Shown here: piece after piece, positions 36,076 through 48,443 of the stretch
How the letters are laid out: each line of letters starts with the position of its first letter
Position numbering within the stretch: position 1 is the stretch's first letter
Made by a program: the position numbers and the translations under genes
Assembly: GCA_903813345.2 (NCBI GenBank)
Contig: CAIIXF020000001.1
Span: 17,050,001-17,114,000, forward strand
Direction of reading: 5' to 3'
DNA length: 64,000 bases
DNA from: Owenia fusiformis
Lineage: Eukaryota
Notes under the pieces: generated by a model
What the model was told of the DNA's origin: nothing
The model's database searches: none
What the model saw: the letters and a program-made list of their open reading frames with translations, nothing else

Positions 36076-36308
36076 GTAAACCCATTTGTATTCCCCCTTC
36101 ATGATATTTGAAATGTTCTGTACCAAGAATAAATTCATTGAAGTTGGCCAGTAATTAACATATAACCTCCAAAAAGTCATGTTGATTCCTAAATATAGAT
36201 TTTGGAATGAGAGCATTCGTTTCAGTTTTGATTGGACGATCCTCGTACACTTAGACAGAAGACAAATTATATAATTTTGTTTTGCTTCATATCAAATACC
36301 CGGGATCA

Positions 36309-37900
36309 TAGTCCCTGATCTGATTTCCAAAAGGCCTCTAGGAAAGGTTTTTTTTGTCCGGTACTTTCCTACATGAAATGATTGTACCGTTTGAAAAAAC
36401 AGGCTTCCCTCATAAAGAAAACACATCTTATATTGATAGAAACAGGGGCAAAAGGCACCAAAATGGGGTTAGACAAGGTGGCATTCTGAAGTCTCATTTT
36501 TTGTCATCACAATTCCAGGAAAACCACCAGATGGATTTACTTCAAATTTTCACACATGTTACACGGTAAGAAGTTCTAGAGCTGATTAACTTTTTGGAGG
36601 CCATCTTGCATTCTGGCGGCCATGTTGGATTTTTTAGATATATCTTGGCATCGCGATTCCAGAAAAAACACTTAACAGATGTACTTCATATTTTCACACA
36701 TGTTATATGGTAAAAAGTCCTAGACCTCATTAGTTTTTCGGTGGCCATCTTGCATTCTTGCGGCCATCTTGGAAGTTTTAAGATAAACCTTGTAATAACG
36801 AGATGGCCGCCGAAAAGTTAATCAGTTGAAGAACATCTTACCATGTAAAAATTTGAAGACAATCCGTTAAAGTTCCTGGAATCACGATGACAAGATTTAT
36901 GTAAAACTTCCAAGATGGCCGCCAGAATGTAAGATGGCTGCCGGAAAGTTAATCAGCTATAGAACTTCAATCTATTAACATGTGTTCAAATTTGAAATAA
37001 ATCGGTTAAGTTGTTTTCCTGGAATCGCGATGACAAGATTTATCTAAAAACTTCCTAGATGGCCACCAGAATGCAAGATGGCCGCCGAAAGAGTTAATCA
37101 GCTCTAGAACTTCTTACCATGTAACATGTGTGAAAATTTGAAGTAAATTCGTTTGGTTTTCCTGAAATCGCGATGACAAGATTTATCTTAAAACTTCCAA
37201 GATGGCCGCCATAATGCAAGATGGCCACCGGAAAACAAATGAACTCTTGGACTTCTTACCATGTAACATATGTGTGAAAATTTGAAGTAAATCTGTGAAG
37301 TTGTTTTCCTGGAATCACGATGACAATTGCCATTTATCTAAAAATTTCCTAGATGGCCACCAGAATGCAAGATGGCCGCCGAAAAGTTAATCAGCTCTAG
37401 AACTTCTTACTATGTAACATGTGTGAAAATTTGAAGTAAATTCGTCATGGTTTTCCTGAAATCGCGATGACAAGATTTATCATAAAACTTCCAAGATGGC
37501 CGCCAGAATGCAAGATGGCGACCGGAAAATGAATGAGCTCTAGGACTTCTTACCATGTAACATGTGTGAATGAAGTAAATCTGTTCAGTGGTTTTCCTGG
37601 CATCGCGATGACAAGATTTATTAAAAACCTTCAAGATGGCCGACAAAATGCAAGATGGGCGCTGAAAAGTTTTTCAGCTTAGAACTTCTTACCATGTAAC
37701 ATGCGTGAAAATTTGAAGTAAATCCGTTTGGTTTTCCTGAAATCGTGATGACAAGATTTATATTAAAACTTCCAAGATGGCCGCCAGAATGCAAAATGGC
37801 CACTGGAAAACTAATGAGCTCTAGGACTTCTTACCATGTAACATGTGTGAACATTTGAAGTGCATCTGTAAAGTGGTTTTTCTGACCAGATCAGGGACTA
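36309..37900. repeat. Satellite array of ~143-bp monomers (about 2 inverted plus 7.5 forward copies), bracketed by a 14-bp inverted motif
   Basis: The anchor TGACAA recurs at 36888, 37031, 37174, 37321, 37468, 37609 and 37749. Orientation flips near 36800. TAGTCCCTGATCTG at 36309-36322 pairs with CAGATCAGGGACTA at 37887-37900. Confidence 0.9.
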
Positions 37901-38159
37901 ATAGGTTATATTTTGTAGTCATGGTCTTGATGAATGTTTTTTTCATGGTCTTCCACTGATAGATCTTGAAAGCCCATGGTTTATTCTTGGGAAAACAAAA
38001 AAGCCGATTCTGTTTTAACATGAGCGTTCAATTCGTAGTTGAAAACCCATGGTTTTGATGATTGTTTTGATGGTAAGCTTTAAATGACGCACTGGTCAAA
38101 CTCAGCTCATGAAGTACTGTAGTGTCAATTATGGGGTTTCTCGACTTTATATATATATA

Positions 38160-39093
38160 GGGGTTATGCACTGGGAGGTTTTGGATACAGGGAATATCCC
38201 AAGCGATATTTCATGTATCCAAACCGACCGTGATAACTGGTGTATCTCATACTTGAGTGGGTTTAGGGTAGATTTATCGCATCCTACGACCCCTTTAGAT
38301 TCTAAAGTGGTCGTAGAATTCGATAAGGGTAGATATAACCTTTTCCACCTTTTTCAAATGACAAGATATTTATATTTAACATTTTCGTAATATTCTTTTG
38401 TTCAATACAATGAAATTGTAACATTTAAACTTAAAAAGATTAAATTTTAAAATTAAAAAATTAAAACTTTTGATATTTAAACTTTTTTAAACTTTTAAAA
38501 AATTCCCGGGAGCGGACTGGATATATTATATCTGCCCGCATTTGGCCTGGAGCGGGACATATACAATATATCCTGCCCGCTCCTCGGATACGATATATAT
38601 TCCCCGGTGATATCTACCCCAAACCCACTCAAGTATCAGATACATAAGGGTTATGTACTGGGAGGTTTTGGATATGGGGTTTATCCAGAGGGAGATATGC
38701 ATATCTACCTGAGGGACCGTAGGGACCGAAGGTAGATGTGCATATCTCACGAGGGAAGAACCCAATATCCAAACCGACCGTACATAACTGCTTTATCCTA
38801 TACCAAGTTTTCTAATTTTCTTTCGATTTTTTTTCAATTTTTTTTTATTTTTTCAATTTTTTTCACATTTTTCTAATTTTTAAAAAAAAATTCTATTTTT
38901 TTCAATTTTTTAATTTTTTCACATTTTTTCTTTTTTTCAATTTTTAAATTTTTTTTTCGAAGCGGGAAGATATGCCTGGAGCGGGAGATATGGCGGGAGA
39001 TATGGAGGTTCAGGATATGGAAACCTCAAAATCAGGATACAGGATATATCTTACCAACTTATCTCCCTAAAACTCGACTTGGCATAGGATAAA
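38160..39093 (+). mobile_element. Two abutting hairpin-plus-inverted-repeat elements (units 38160-38644 and 38648-39093)
   Basis: Each unit begins GGGTTATG(C/T)ACTGGGAGGTTTTGGATA with a long imperfect hairpin, followed by an inverted-repeat pair around a variable spacer. The second unit recurs at 51745-52143. Confidence 0.75.
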
Positions 39094-39399
39094 TGGTGTT
39101 ATGTCTTCTGGAAGGCCCAGATAACTAGATGACATTGGAAATTGTAACTTGTAATCCCGGGCTTGTAATTGGCTCTAAAGTTTAGATGCTGACTAAGAAA
39201 AATTAGAACAACTGAAATATACTATATGTTGCAGAATGACAGGTGCCCAACTCTAGAATTTCGTGAATGTGGTAACTGCGTCATTTGTGATCAACCACTT
39301 GAAGAAGAAGAACGACGAAAAGTTTATCGTTTGTCTCCAATTTGTTCGCTAAAACCAAAGCTAGATTAGTACATGGTGGTATAAATAACAAATACCACC

Positions 39400-42300
39400 A
39401 TGGATATCTCTAAAATAGCAAAGGTGATGGTGAAGTCAGTCTCGACAGGTCAAGTGAGTGTTTTATTTTTAAGTTTCAAAAATATTTCTGTTGCATAAGT
39501 TTTCAGTTTTTCATTCCCCGGGAATTCAGACTGACCGATGTACACGAATAAAGTATTTGCCGATCCGTAAATCAGCTGGTCTACCATTAGACTATTACTG
39601 TTAGACCTCAATGAACAGAATTTCTATCATATTATTATTAAAACTACAATTGCGGACCACAGACACGGGAACAAGAGTTCACCCCCTCCCACTTAGACTG
39701 TATCCTTCGTCTGAATAAATATTCAGACTGTAAGTCACCTATTGTAAAATGTGGTGTTGTATAAATGTTACAAATAAGTTTGTTAAATGATAAAATGATT
39801 ACCTTATAAAGTACTTACAATATTATTTTTTCGTATATTGTCCTCTTACTGAAGATATTCATAAAATGTACAGACGCTTCTTGTAGCGGAGCCATTGATT
39901 AGGTCAAGCCATTTTGGCAATGCCAATTCTCACGATAAACGAGATTTAGCCAGTGACGTCAGTCTATTTGTAAACAAATAACACGTGGAGCGGACGGAAG
40001 CGTGTTGATAAATTCCATTTGTGCGGGAATTTATTAAATCTAGTCATTTATTATCATTATCCCGATTAATTTTCTTCATTTATAGTAAATAGAGCGGAAA
40101 TATTCATGAAGAAGGCCGAGGTAATCAAGTGGTCATGTGTTGTCAAAGTTCAAAATTTGCATATCTCGTTTGGATCTCGTGAACTCAAACGTGCTTGACA
40201 TTGATTTCGCGATGTACTTATAAACACATCCTGAAGTTTTGGTGAGTCTGAACATTTCATTATTTTATATCAACTTGTACCCGCCTTATACAAATATTTT
40301 TGCTTCTAGTTTAAGGTACAGCTGGAAAGTAACATTTTGGTAAAAAATTACATGTTATTTTCTGGTACAAAATAAAGTATGAAGGCATGTGTCAATTTCC
40401 TTGCTTTTTTCAGGAAAGTATCATTACATTGTCTTCTTTTAGAATATCTGGTAGGCGTTTAATGGGAACTACAGGAAATTCTGATATTTCACACTTTCTA
40501 TTTTTCCATATTTTCTTTCAAAGTTCCCAGACAACACAGGAGCTACCATTGGCCTGTTTATAGATATTCTAAAAGAAGACAGTGTAATGATACTTTCCTG
40601 AAAAAAGCAAGGCAATACACACATGCCTTCATACTTAATTTTGTACCAGAAAATAACATGGGCAGGTATAGCAAATTTTTACCAAAATGTTACTTTCCAG
40701 CTGAACCTTAAGATGAACATCTCTTCAACATATTCACCAATTTTCAAGGTGAACATTCTTGTAATAAACGAGAAATTTATGTGCAAAAAATATCACCGAG
40801 ATTTCCACAGGAAATATATCAATCATAACAGACCGAATATTATATTCGGTCTGTTGGATACATACTACCCTCCCACTCACTATACCATGGGCTTTCCCGG
40901 GGGGCTTTCAACTATCTAATTGAAAGCCCATGGTATTACATAGAAAAAAGATAATAATTTTTTCTTTGTACATGGGGTGATTTAATTTTTCATCCTGGAC
41001 TAGTGGTGCGGACTCTTTTTCTTCAAAAATATTGATGTTTTCAAATGAATACACATCTTTGTCATGATTTTTGAGATTTGGCAGTTATACAGCGAGATAA
41101 CACCCTAAAGGATTTGGGAAAACATATTTCGTACCTCAATCTTGCTATTATGGCAAGAAAATACTGCAAATGAAAGCACTGCAAAATTTGTGAAATTATG
41201 GTCATTATCATGGTAACGGGAGTCGAGGGTATGTGGAGCAACATCACAATTTAATTTTTCTACATGTAGAAATCAAACATGGCGGAAAACAGAAATTCTA
41301 CTTCTTATAAGTAAGTGTCGAAGTTACCCCATCTCTTATGTCGACTTTGCCCCAAACGTCAATGTTACACTCCTTTGCCCTCGATATATTGTAATAATCT
41401 TCCTCTCCAATATCTAGCAATTTCATTTGAAAGATCTCTTGAAATAAGAGTATTTGTATCTTTACTCTCTAGACACCTTGTAATCCATAAAGCTTCTTCA
41501 ACATTTTCATTGGAAATTAGTTCTATAAAGGCCCATATTTAGAATAGATATGAAATAAACACCTTTGGAGGCCTACCTGGGATAATCTTAAACAGTGTGC
41601 TTCTCTTGCATTCTTGAGGTCCTGTACTTGTAACATGTATTTTAAACATCATGTTTTTACTTTCAGAGTGTAACAATGGAAAGCCTTTGGGAGAAACAAA
41701 ACTGTTTCATCACATTCCTTCGAAGGTTTGGATGACAGTTATGTCGGCTCTCTGCCAAACGAATCAGTGCTCTGAAACCTCAGCTAGATGCAAACAATGT
41801 AGGTCCTTGTCAACAATCATCTTTTCAAGCTTATCCCTTTCTTTCAAGGCTGCAAGATGCTAAATCCAAATTTTCTTGCAAGTTAACAATCTCAAGTTCA
41901 CGCATAGTGCATATGTTCTAATCAACAAGATTTACCTGCTATAAAAATTCAATCTTTCTACAGTATATGATAGATGTGAAATATGATTATTAAAAATAAT
42001 GCCAGTCTCCTTCATCTGCATGTATGTCGCCTGGAGAACAATTAATGATTACTATTAGATGGTATGAACTTAAAAGAGTTACTGTATTGCTGTATTACTA
42101 TTTATCTCTCACTTTTCTTAAAGGTACGTATGATTGCAATTGGCTTGGAGGAAGTAGGACTTGATGAGTATGTCAAGGGAGAATTCTGGGCAGGAGGTGA
42201 GCTTTATTTTAAAATTTTAGTGTAAAGCAACATGAAAACATTATCAACTTTTACTAAAGAATCTATTCAAAATACACTGTTTAATTGATATAGTTCAGTA

Positions 42301-45300
42301 ACCATATATCACATGGTATGAGAATACCTTTGTTTGCTTTGCAAGAAATATTTGGGAAATTACAGTCAACATCGACATCCAGTAAAAAAGAAGAAAAGGT
42401 CCATAGTTTGTATTCATTTCATTTCATTGCCTCCCTTTGCAATATTCAATGATGATATTTTCTGTTCCAGAGCTGTATATAGACAACAACAAGGAGTGTT
42501 ATAAAAAATTACAATTTACAAGGTAAATTATTCAGTAATTTATTTACTAGTATATTCTGTACCTTTTCTACATATGGAAACATTTTAAAGTGATTAATGT
42601 GTAATGTTTGTAGTAATCTTTGTAGTAATTTTAAAAACATGAATGACCACCAAAAGACAATTTTTCTATTGACGAGTGAGGGGATCATATTAAAAGAATC
42701 TGCTGACATGATAAAGTATCTAATGATTGGTAGAGACAGGATTCTTATATCAAAGTAACATTTTATATGTCATTTGAAGAATGTAATCCTATTTTCTTTA
42801 CTTTATTGCTATATTTACTGTTACTGAAAATTGTATATCGGATGTACGTTTGGCCCTAAAAGGGCATCAGTACTAATAAAATCCTATTATGACATACATT
42901 ATATATAATTTAGATGAAATACATTTTTTAGTTTTAAAATTTAAATTAAATTTAGTATAAATAAAAATAATCTTCTTCAGTCCTGGGCTGCTAAGCAGTA
43001 TAGGAGCAGTCTTCGGAAAACAAGGACGTACTCAATTATCAGAGGTATAGTTGAGATATTAACCACATGCATATAAATGTTGTATAATTTTATGGAATAA
43101 TTAGTGCAGTCAGAATGTGGGTTTCGGCGTGCGTTCAGAGGGATTTTATGGGACATAATTTTTCATGTTACTACTATGATTATACATATTTGTATGGATT
43201 ATTAGATCTTAGTTTTTCAGCTTTTAGATTTTGTGGCCATTTTACCCCCCATGGGCTAAAATTTGGACCCCTACTATATAATTGGGCAAGAACTCAAAAA
43301 ATCCTCAGTGGAATGTTTCCAAATTACTAAGTTATATTGGTATAGGCTAATTGAATATATGATAAAAATTTCATGTCACATGGTTAACTGGTTGCCATGG
43401 AAATGGATAAAACATGCCCTTCGGGTGTCAATTTTCAGGCCAATTTTTCAGGACTGACAGAGTCATTTCATGCATATTTTGTCACCAATGTGCTAGGAAG
43501 GGTTAAAATGTCAATAGAAAACTTCTATAATATATAAGCAACAATTGTATGTAAAGATCAGTCCACAAAACCTCAGATTTTGGCCTTGTATTGGTCCATG
43601 ACTTATACAGGGGTCTATTTCATAGACTCGAGCTCCCACATTGGATGGATGCTATAACTTTTGAAATAATGGAGATACAGGTCTCATTTTTTCAGATCTT
43701 CTTAAATGGTTAGTTTTAAGTATTCTATTTTACTTTGGGAGCTGACATGTGATTGGTTGCCATGGTAACCAGGGTTTTAGGGAAATTCCGACCCCCACAT
43801 TGGATGGATGCTATAACTTTTGAAATAAGGGAGATACATGTCTCATTATTTCAGATCTTAGACAATGATTGATTATAAATATTAAATTAGACTTTGGGGG
43901 CTGAAATTTGATTGGTTACCATGGTAACTAGAGTTTTATTGAAATTTGGACCTCCTCAATTGATAAATGCTTTAATGTTTGAATTCAAGCAGATACAGAT
44001 ATCATCATTTCAGATCTAAAAAATTAATTAGATTTGTGTATTGAATTAGACTTTGTAGCTTAGCATTTACTTGATTGCCATGGTAACCATGTTTCGTCGT
44101 CATGGTACCCCTAATTTTTTATTTCAGTCTTACCTTCATTTGAGAATGGTCAATTCACAACATGTTATACCAAAATGCTCAAAATTATCATTTTGCTCTT
44201 TATTTCAGCAATTTATCCTGTATGTCTGACAGTATAGCCTCATTCCATTCTACTAGTTCTCACACATATTCAGACTCCCAACTTGTTTTTACTCATCATT
44301 ATCGTTTTCATCTTCCACAATTGCCTCTTAATTAAAAATATCAACAATTTCTATTGGAAAGAAGGATTCTTTTGACCATTCTTGTGTTAAAGATTCGTCA
44401 GGGAATTCACAGTTCATTCATGCAGTGTTGGGCATAATGGTAGAGCTGGGTTTAGGCTGGTGGGAATGTGTCCATACATAGGTTGGATAATTTACCCTCT
44501 TCAAACGTGAAAGAAAATGTCAACACCGTCATAAGTGAGGGCAGCACTGTTCTGTTTTTTCTGTATCTCATGGGAAACAGCTCATCTCGTAATCTATTAG
44601 TGGCAGTTATTTTTCTATTTCTGCTGTTTTGTTGTATTTCTGCACTGGAGGAATCTGATCCAGTAAACGCATTGAAGGCTAATATAGCTTCACACAGGAC
44701 TTGGTCCTAGGTTTGCAGCTACAGGGGTTGGGTTGAGCTTCTGACATCTAATGGGACAGAGTTCATATCAGTTGAGGTTCTTAAGGTTATTTTCTTCATA
44801 ATAGGAATCAATATAGAAATTCCTGACACAATAAAATCCAAAGTTGAATTGTTCACCAGTAAAAGTACAGCAGATTAACAAAAATATATTTGTAACTTAC
44901 ATCAATAGATAACAATATGAGCTGTTTCACATAAGATATTCTCCAAAACAGAACAGTCCTGCCCTCACTTATGGAGGTGTTGACATTTCAACTCTTCCCA
45001 TCTTTCAAGATTGGTCCTTGACTGCTTTTATAGCAGCTAATATAATGCAATGAATTAAATGATGAACTCTTCCATCTTGTAATGATTGCTCATTGTAACA
45101 TTTGAAGAGGATGGATGATAAAACTTATATTTGGAAGTGGAAACATTACCCCCCGTTTCCCAGAAGTTCACTGTATATAAACCTTGAGGGGATCCTCAGC
45201 TCAGGTGGGTTACTTTTGACATTTGATATGGCAATGGACCCAAATTTTAGGATCTGGTATGAGAATGCTCTCCAAATTATGACTTGAGAGGTATAGCAAT

Positions 45301-48300
45301 GGTCGGATTTGGGAATGGTTGTGAAAAATATGTTGCCCCTCACTTGTTGCACATGTATGGCATTGATCTAGTATATCCTTAATGTGAGGTTGTTTTTGGT
45401 TGTTTTCCTCAATGACATGTCTTCTTCTCGAGGCATTAGAAATTTTGAATGGCCATGTTTTCATATCTGGATATTTGGTATGGCACTGGTCATATATTTG
45501 GGCATTTGGTATGGCTTTTGGGCATTATTTTGGTTGATATCAGAACACATTCAAATTTGACAGATTGGATGGGAACATATTGATATCTGAGGGTTCAGCC
45601 TTGGACCCCAGCCAATTTTATATACAGTGAAACCACAGGGACCAGTCTTAACCCATTCTGCCAAGTCCAATACTGCATGAATGGACTATATCCCCTGAGG
45701 ATCCTTATCTCCAGAATGGTCAAAACAATCCTTCATTCCAACAGAAATTGATGTTAAAGAGGAAATTGTGCTAAATGAAAACAGTAATGATGAGTTCAAA
45801 TGAACAAATTAGGAGTCAGAACTTTTGTAAGAACTAGTCATATGGAATAAGGCAATATTGTCAGACATACATGTATTGTTTACTATTCTAGTATTTGATA
45901 TTTTATGAGCCAAACAATGTTTGCATCTCTAGTATTATTGAGTCATGAGCATGTAAATCATATAAAATAGAAAAAAAACAAAATTAAGAATAAAATGGTA
46001 ACTTTGAGCAATTTGGTATTTTATGTCATGTATTGACCTATCTAGAATAAAGGTGAATCTGAAAACGAAAACAGCAGTTACCATGACAATGAAACATGGT
46101 TACCATGGCAGACAAATAAATCCTAGCTTCCAAAGTCTAATACAATACACACATATTATTATTATCTTACATCTGAAAAGATTATCTTATCTGGCTGTAT
46201 TTAAGAGTTATAGTGTTCATCAGTTGTGGAGGTCTGAATTTCAACAAAACCCTGATTTCCATGGTAACCAATCAAATTTCAGCTCCCAAAGTCTAAATCA
46301 ATACTTTAAATCAATCATTGTCAAAAATCTGAAAAAATGAGACATGAATCTCCCTTATTTCAAAAGTTATAACATCCATCCAATGTTGGGGTCAGGATTT
46401 CCTTAAAACCCTGGTTACCATGGCAACCAATCATATACAAGCTCCAAATGTATATTAAAATACTGAAAACCAACCATTTATGAAGATCTGAAGAAATGAG
46501 ACCTGTATCTCCCTTATTTCAAAAGTTATAGCATCCATCCAATGTGGGGGTCGGAATTTCCCTAAAACCCTGGTTACCATGGCAACCAATCACATGTCAG
46601 CTCCCAAAGTAAAATAAAATACTTAACACTAACCATTTATGAAGATCTGAAAAAATGAGACCTGTATCTCCCTTATTTCAAAAGTTATACCATCCATCCA
46701 ATGTGGGAGCTCGAGTCTATGAAATAGACCCCTGTATAAGTCATGGACCAATACAAGGCCAAAATCTGAGGTTTTGTGGACTGATCTTTACATACAATTG
46801 TTGCTTATATATTATAGAAGTTTTCTATTGACATTTTAACCCTTCCTAACACATTGGTGACAAAATATGCATGAAATGACTCTGTCAGTCCTGAAAAATT
46901 GGCCTGAAAATTGACACCCGACGGGCATGTTTTATCCATTTCCATGGCAACCAGTTAACCATGTGACATGAAATTTTTATCATATATTCAATTAGCCTAT
47001 ACCAATGCAACTTAGTAATTTGGAAACATTCCACTGAGTATTTTTTAAGTTCTTGCCCAATTATATAGTAGGGGTCCAAATTTTAGCCCATGGGGGGTAA
47101 AATGGCCACAAAATCTAAAAGCTGAAAAACTAAGATCTAATAATCCATACAAATATGTATAATCATAGTAGTAACATGAAAAATTATGCCCCATAAAATC
47201 CCTCTGAACGCACGCCGAAACCCACATTCTGACTGCACTAAATGATATACAGTAATTATATAATACAAAAATAGTTGTGTGGAATTTTGAGATATTCATA
47301 TCTTGTATTTGTATACATAACACATGCACATTATAAAATATTTACATATTGTATATTATTTTGCATTGTGTTCATTGTATTTCTACAATCTTTTAGGCAA
47401 ATAAAGAAAAGGTGACTGGAAATTTCAAAGGAGATAGCTACCAGAATGGAGGAGCTTTGGTTGTGAAAGCAGGTATATAATGCAATAACAAATATACTTA
47501 TATAGAGACATAAGAATATCCTTCAAATGAGAGCCAATTTTTTTATGTGCCATGACCATCTGCTATTATTTCTCTATTGTATATTACGGTATATGTTGAA
47601 ATAATATAGTAATAACTAAACAATAGAAAAATGTAAATGGATTGATGCAAAGCCTTTGTAATTCAAAATGTCATCACTATTGAGAAATTACTTGCGCAAA
47701 ATGTGTTGATTCTGTTAATTGATAACATGTTGATTCTATTGCATAATGTGATACCCTATCTGTCTGGAAGTATTGCTTGAAAGGAATTTATGTTGTTTTG
47801 TTTTGATGTGTTACCCCAAAAATAAAATAAATTGGTGTGGTCAGAGGTCAGATCAATGAATCAACATATGTCAAAAACATAATTAAAGTTTGGTTTGTTT
47901 GCGTCTCCACTGACTCTTCTAAAACAAAACCCTTTATTTATTGAGTATAAACCAAAGGAATACAACAGACCCAGACTGTAGACTGTCACAGTATAAAGTT
48001 TTCTTTTCCCCCTTAACGATTGCTTCCAGGCCCATAGCCAGGGGGTTCGAAGGGTTTGGAACCCCCCCCTGGCCGAAAATTCTTTCAAAATCATGCAGTT
48101 TTTCACCATTTTGAACACTTCTCAAGTGATTTTAGCCATATTTGGGCCAAAACTGTCAAATGTGAACCCCCCTGGAAATTAATGAAAACTGAACCCCACT
48201 TGGCAAATCCTGGCTACCGGCCTGGCTTCAAAGGTATTGACATAAAGCAATGTTTTGACCTGACAAATTTCCCATTCTTCCTTGACAGGCGGGGATGTTC

Positions 48301-48443
48301 TACTGGATTTCAAGCAGAAGACCGCAACAGACCAAGTTTCTTTGGCTGATGTTCTAATGGCACTTGGGATTGAGGGGGAACCACCAGTAGAACAAGCAGC
48401 ACCTACAATGGTTTGTGATGACACTGCATGCAAACTTGAGTAG
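39400..48443 (+). CDS. PRXL2B: Peroxiredoxin-like 2B / prostamide-prostaglandin F synthase homolog (SelU3 family), predicted selenoprotein, 201 aa with Sec at codon 41
   Basis: Exons 39400-39453, 41667-41798, 42124-42196, 42471-42522, 42981-43044, 47397-47472, 48289-48443 (606 nt). Protein MDISKIAKVMVKSVSTGQSVTMESLWEKQNCFITFLRRFG-U-QLCRLSAKRISALKPQLDANNVRMIAIGLEEVGLDEYVKGEFWAGELYIDNNKECYKKLQF...GNFKGDSYQNGGALVVKAGGDVLLDFKQ...VCDDTACKLE. In-frame TGA at 41733-41735. Confidence 0.9.
40315..40707. mobile_element. 393-bp MITE with ~135-bp TIRs and TTAA TSD (Kolobok-like GG...CC termini)
   Basis: TTAA|GGTACAGCTGGAAAGTAACATTTTGGTAAAAA...TTTTTACCAAAATGTTACTTTCCAGCTGAACC|TTAA. Located in intron 1 of the PRXL2B-like gene. 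Confidence 0.85.
43102..47240. mobile_element. 4.14-kb non-autonomous DNA transposon with very long TIRs, TAG...CTA termini and 3-bp TSD AAT (Academ-like)
   Basis: AAT|TAGTGCAGTCAGAATGTGGG...CCCACATTCTGACTGCACTA|AAT. The outer ~550 bp are nearly identical, followed by ~160-bp sub-repeats and diverged inverted similarity to ~44380/45715. No intact transposase ORF. Confidence 0.85.
48027..48224. mobile_element. 198-bp MITE with 16-bp imperfect TIRs (CAGGCC...GGCCTG) and apparent 5-bp TSD GCTTC
   Basis: GCTTC|CAGGCCCATAGCCAGG...CCTGGCTACCGGCCTG|GCTTC. Located in the last intron of the PRXL2B-like gene. Confidence 0.8.

Noticed and set aside
36500-37885. CRISPR-like array or repeated short ORFs
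   Set aside because: These are contiguous satellite monomers with no unique spacers, in a eukaryotic context with no cas genes.
39235-39369. Cys-rich short frame (CGNCVICDQPLEEEERRK) after an AG, resembling a zinc-finger exon
   Set aside because: It ends in a stop after 44 codons, has no partner exons, and lies in the likely promoter or leader of the PRXL2B-like gene.
41733-41735. Reading the in-frame TGA as a pseudogenising stop
   Set aside because: It sits exactly at the catalytic Cys position, all downstream exons are intact and in frame, and a SECIS is present.
45100-45700. Transposase gene in the centre of the 4.1-kb element
   Set aside because: Only short interrupted ORFs with no catalytic motif I can recognise.
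43115-47329. Near-identical ORF pairs (43115/47045 and 43263/46885) suggesting duplicated genes
   Set aside because: They are chance ORFs mirrored by the transposon's inverted repeats and show no recognisable domain.
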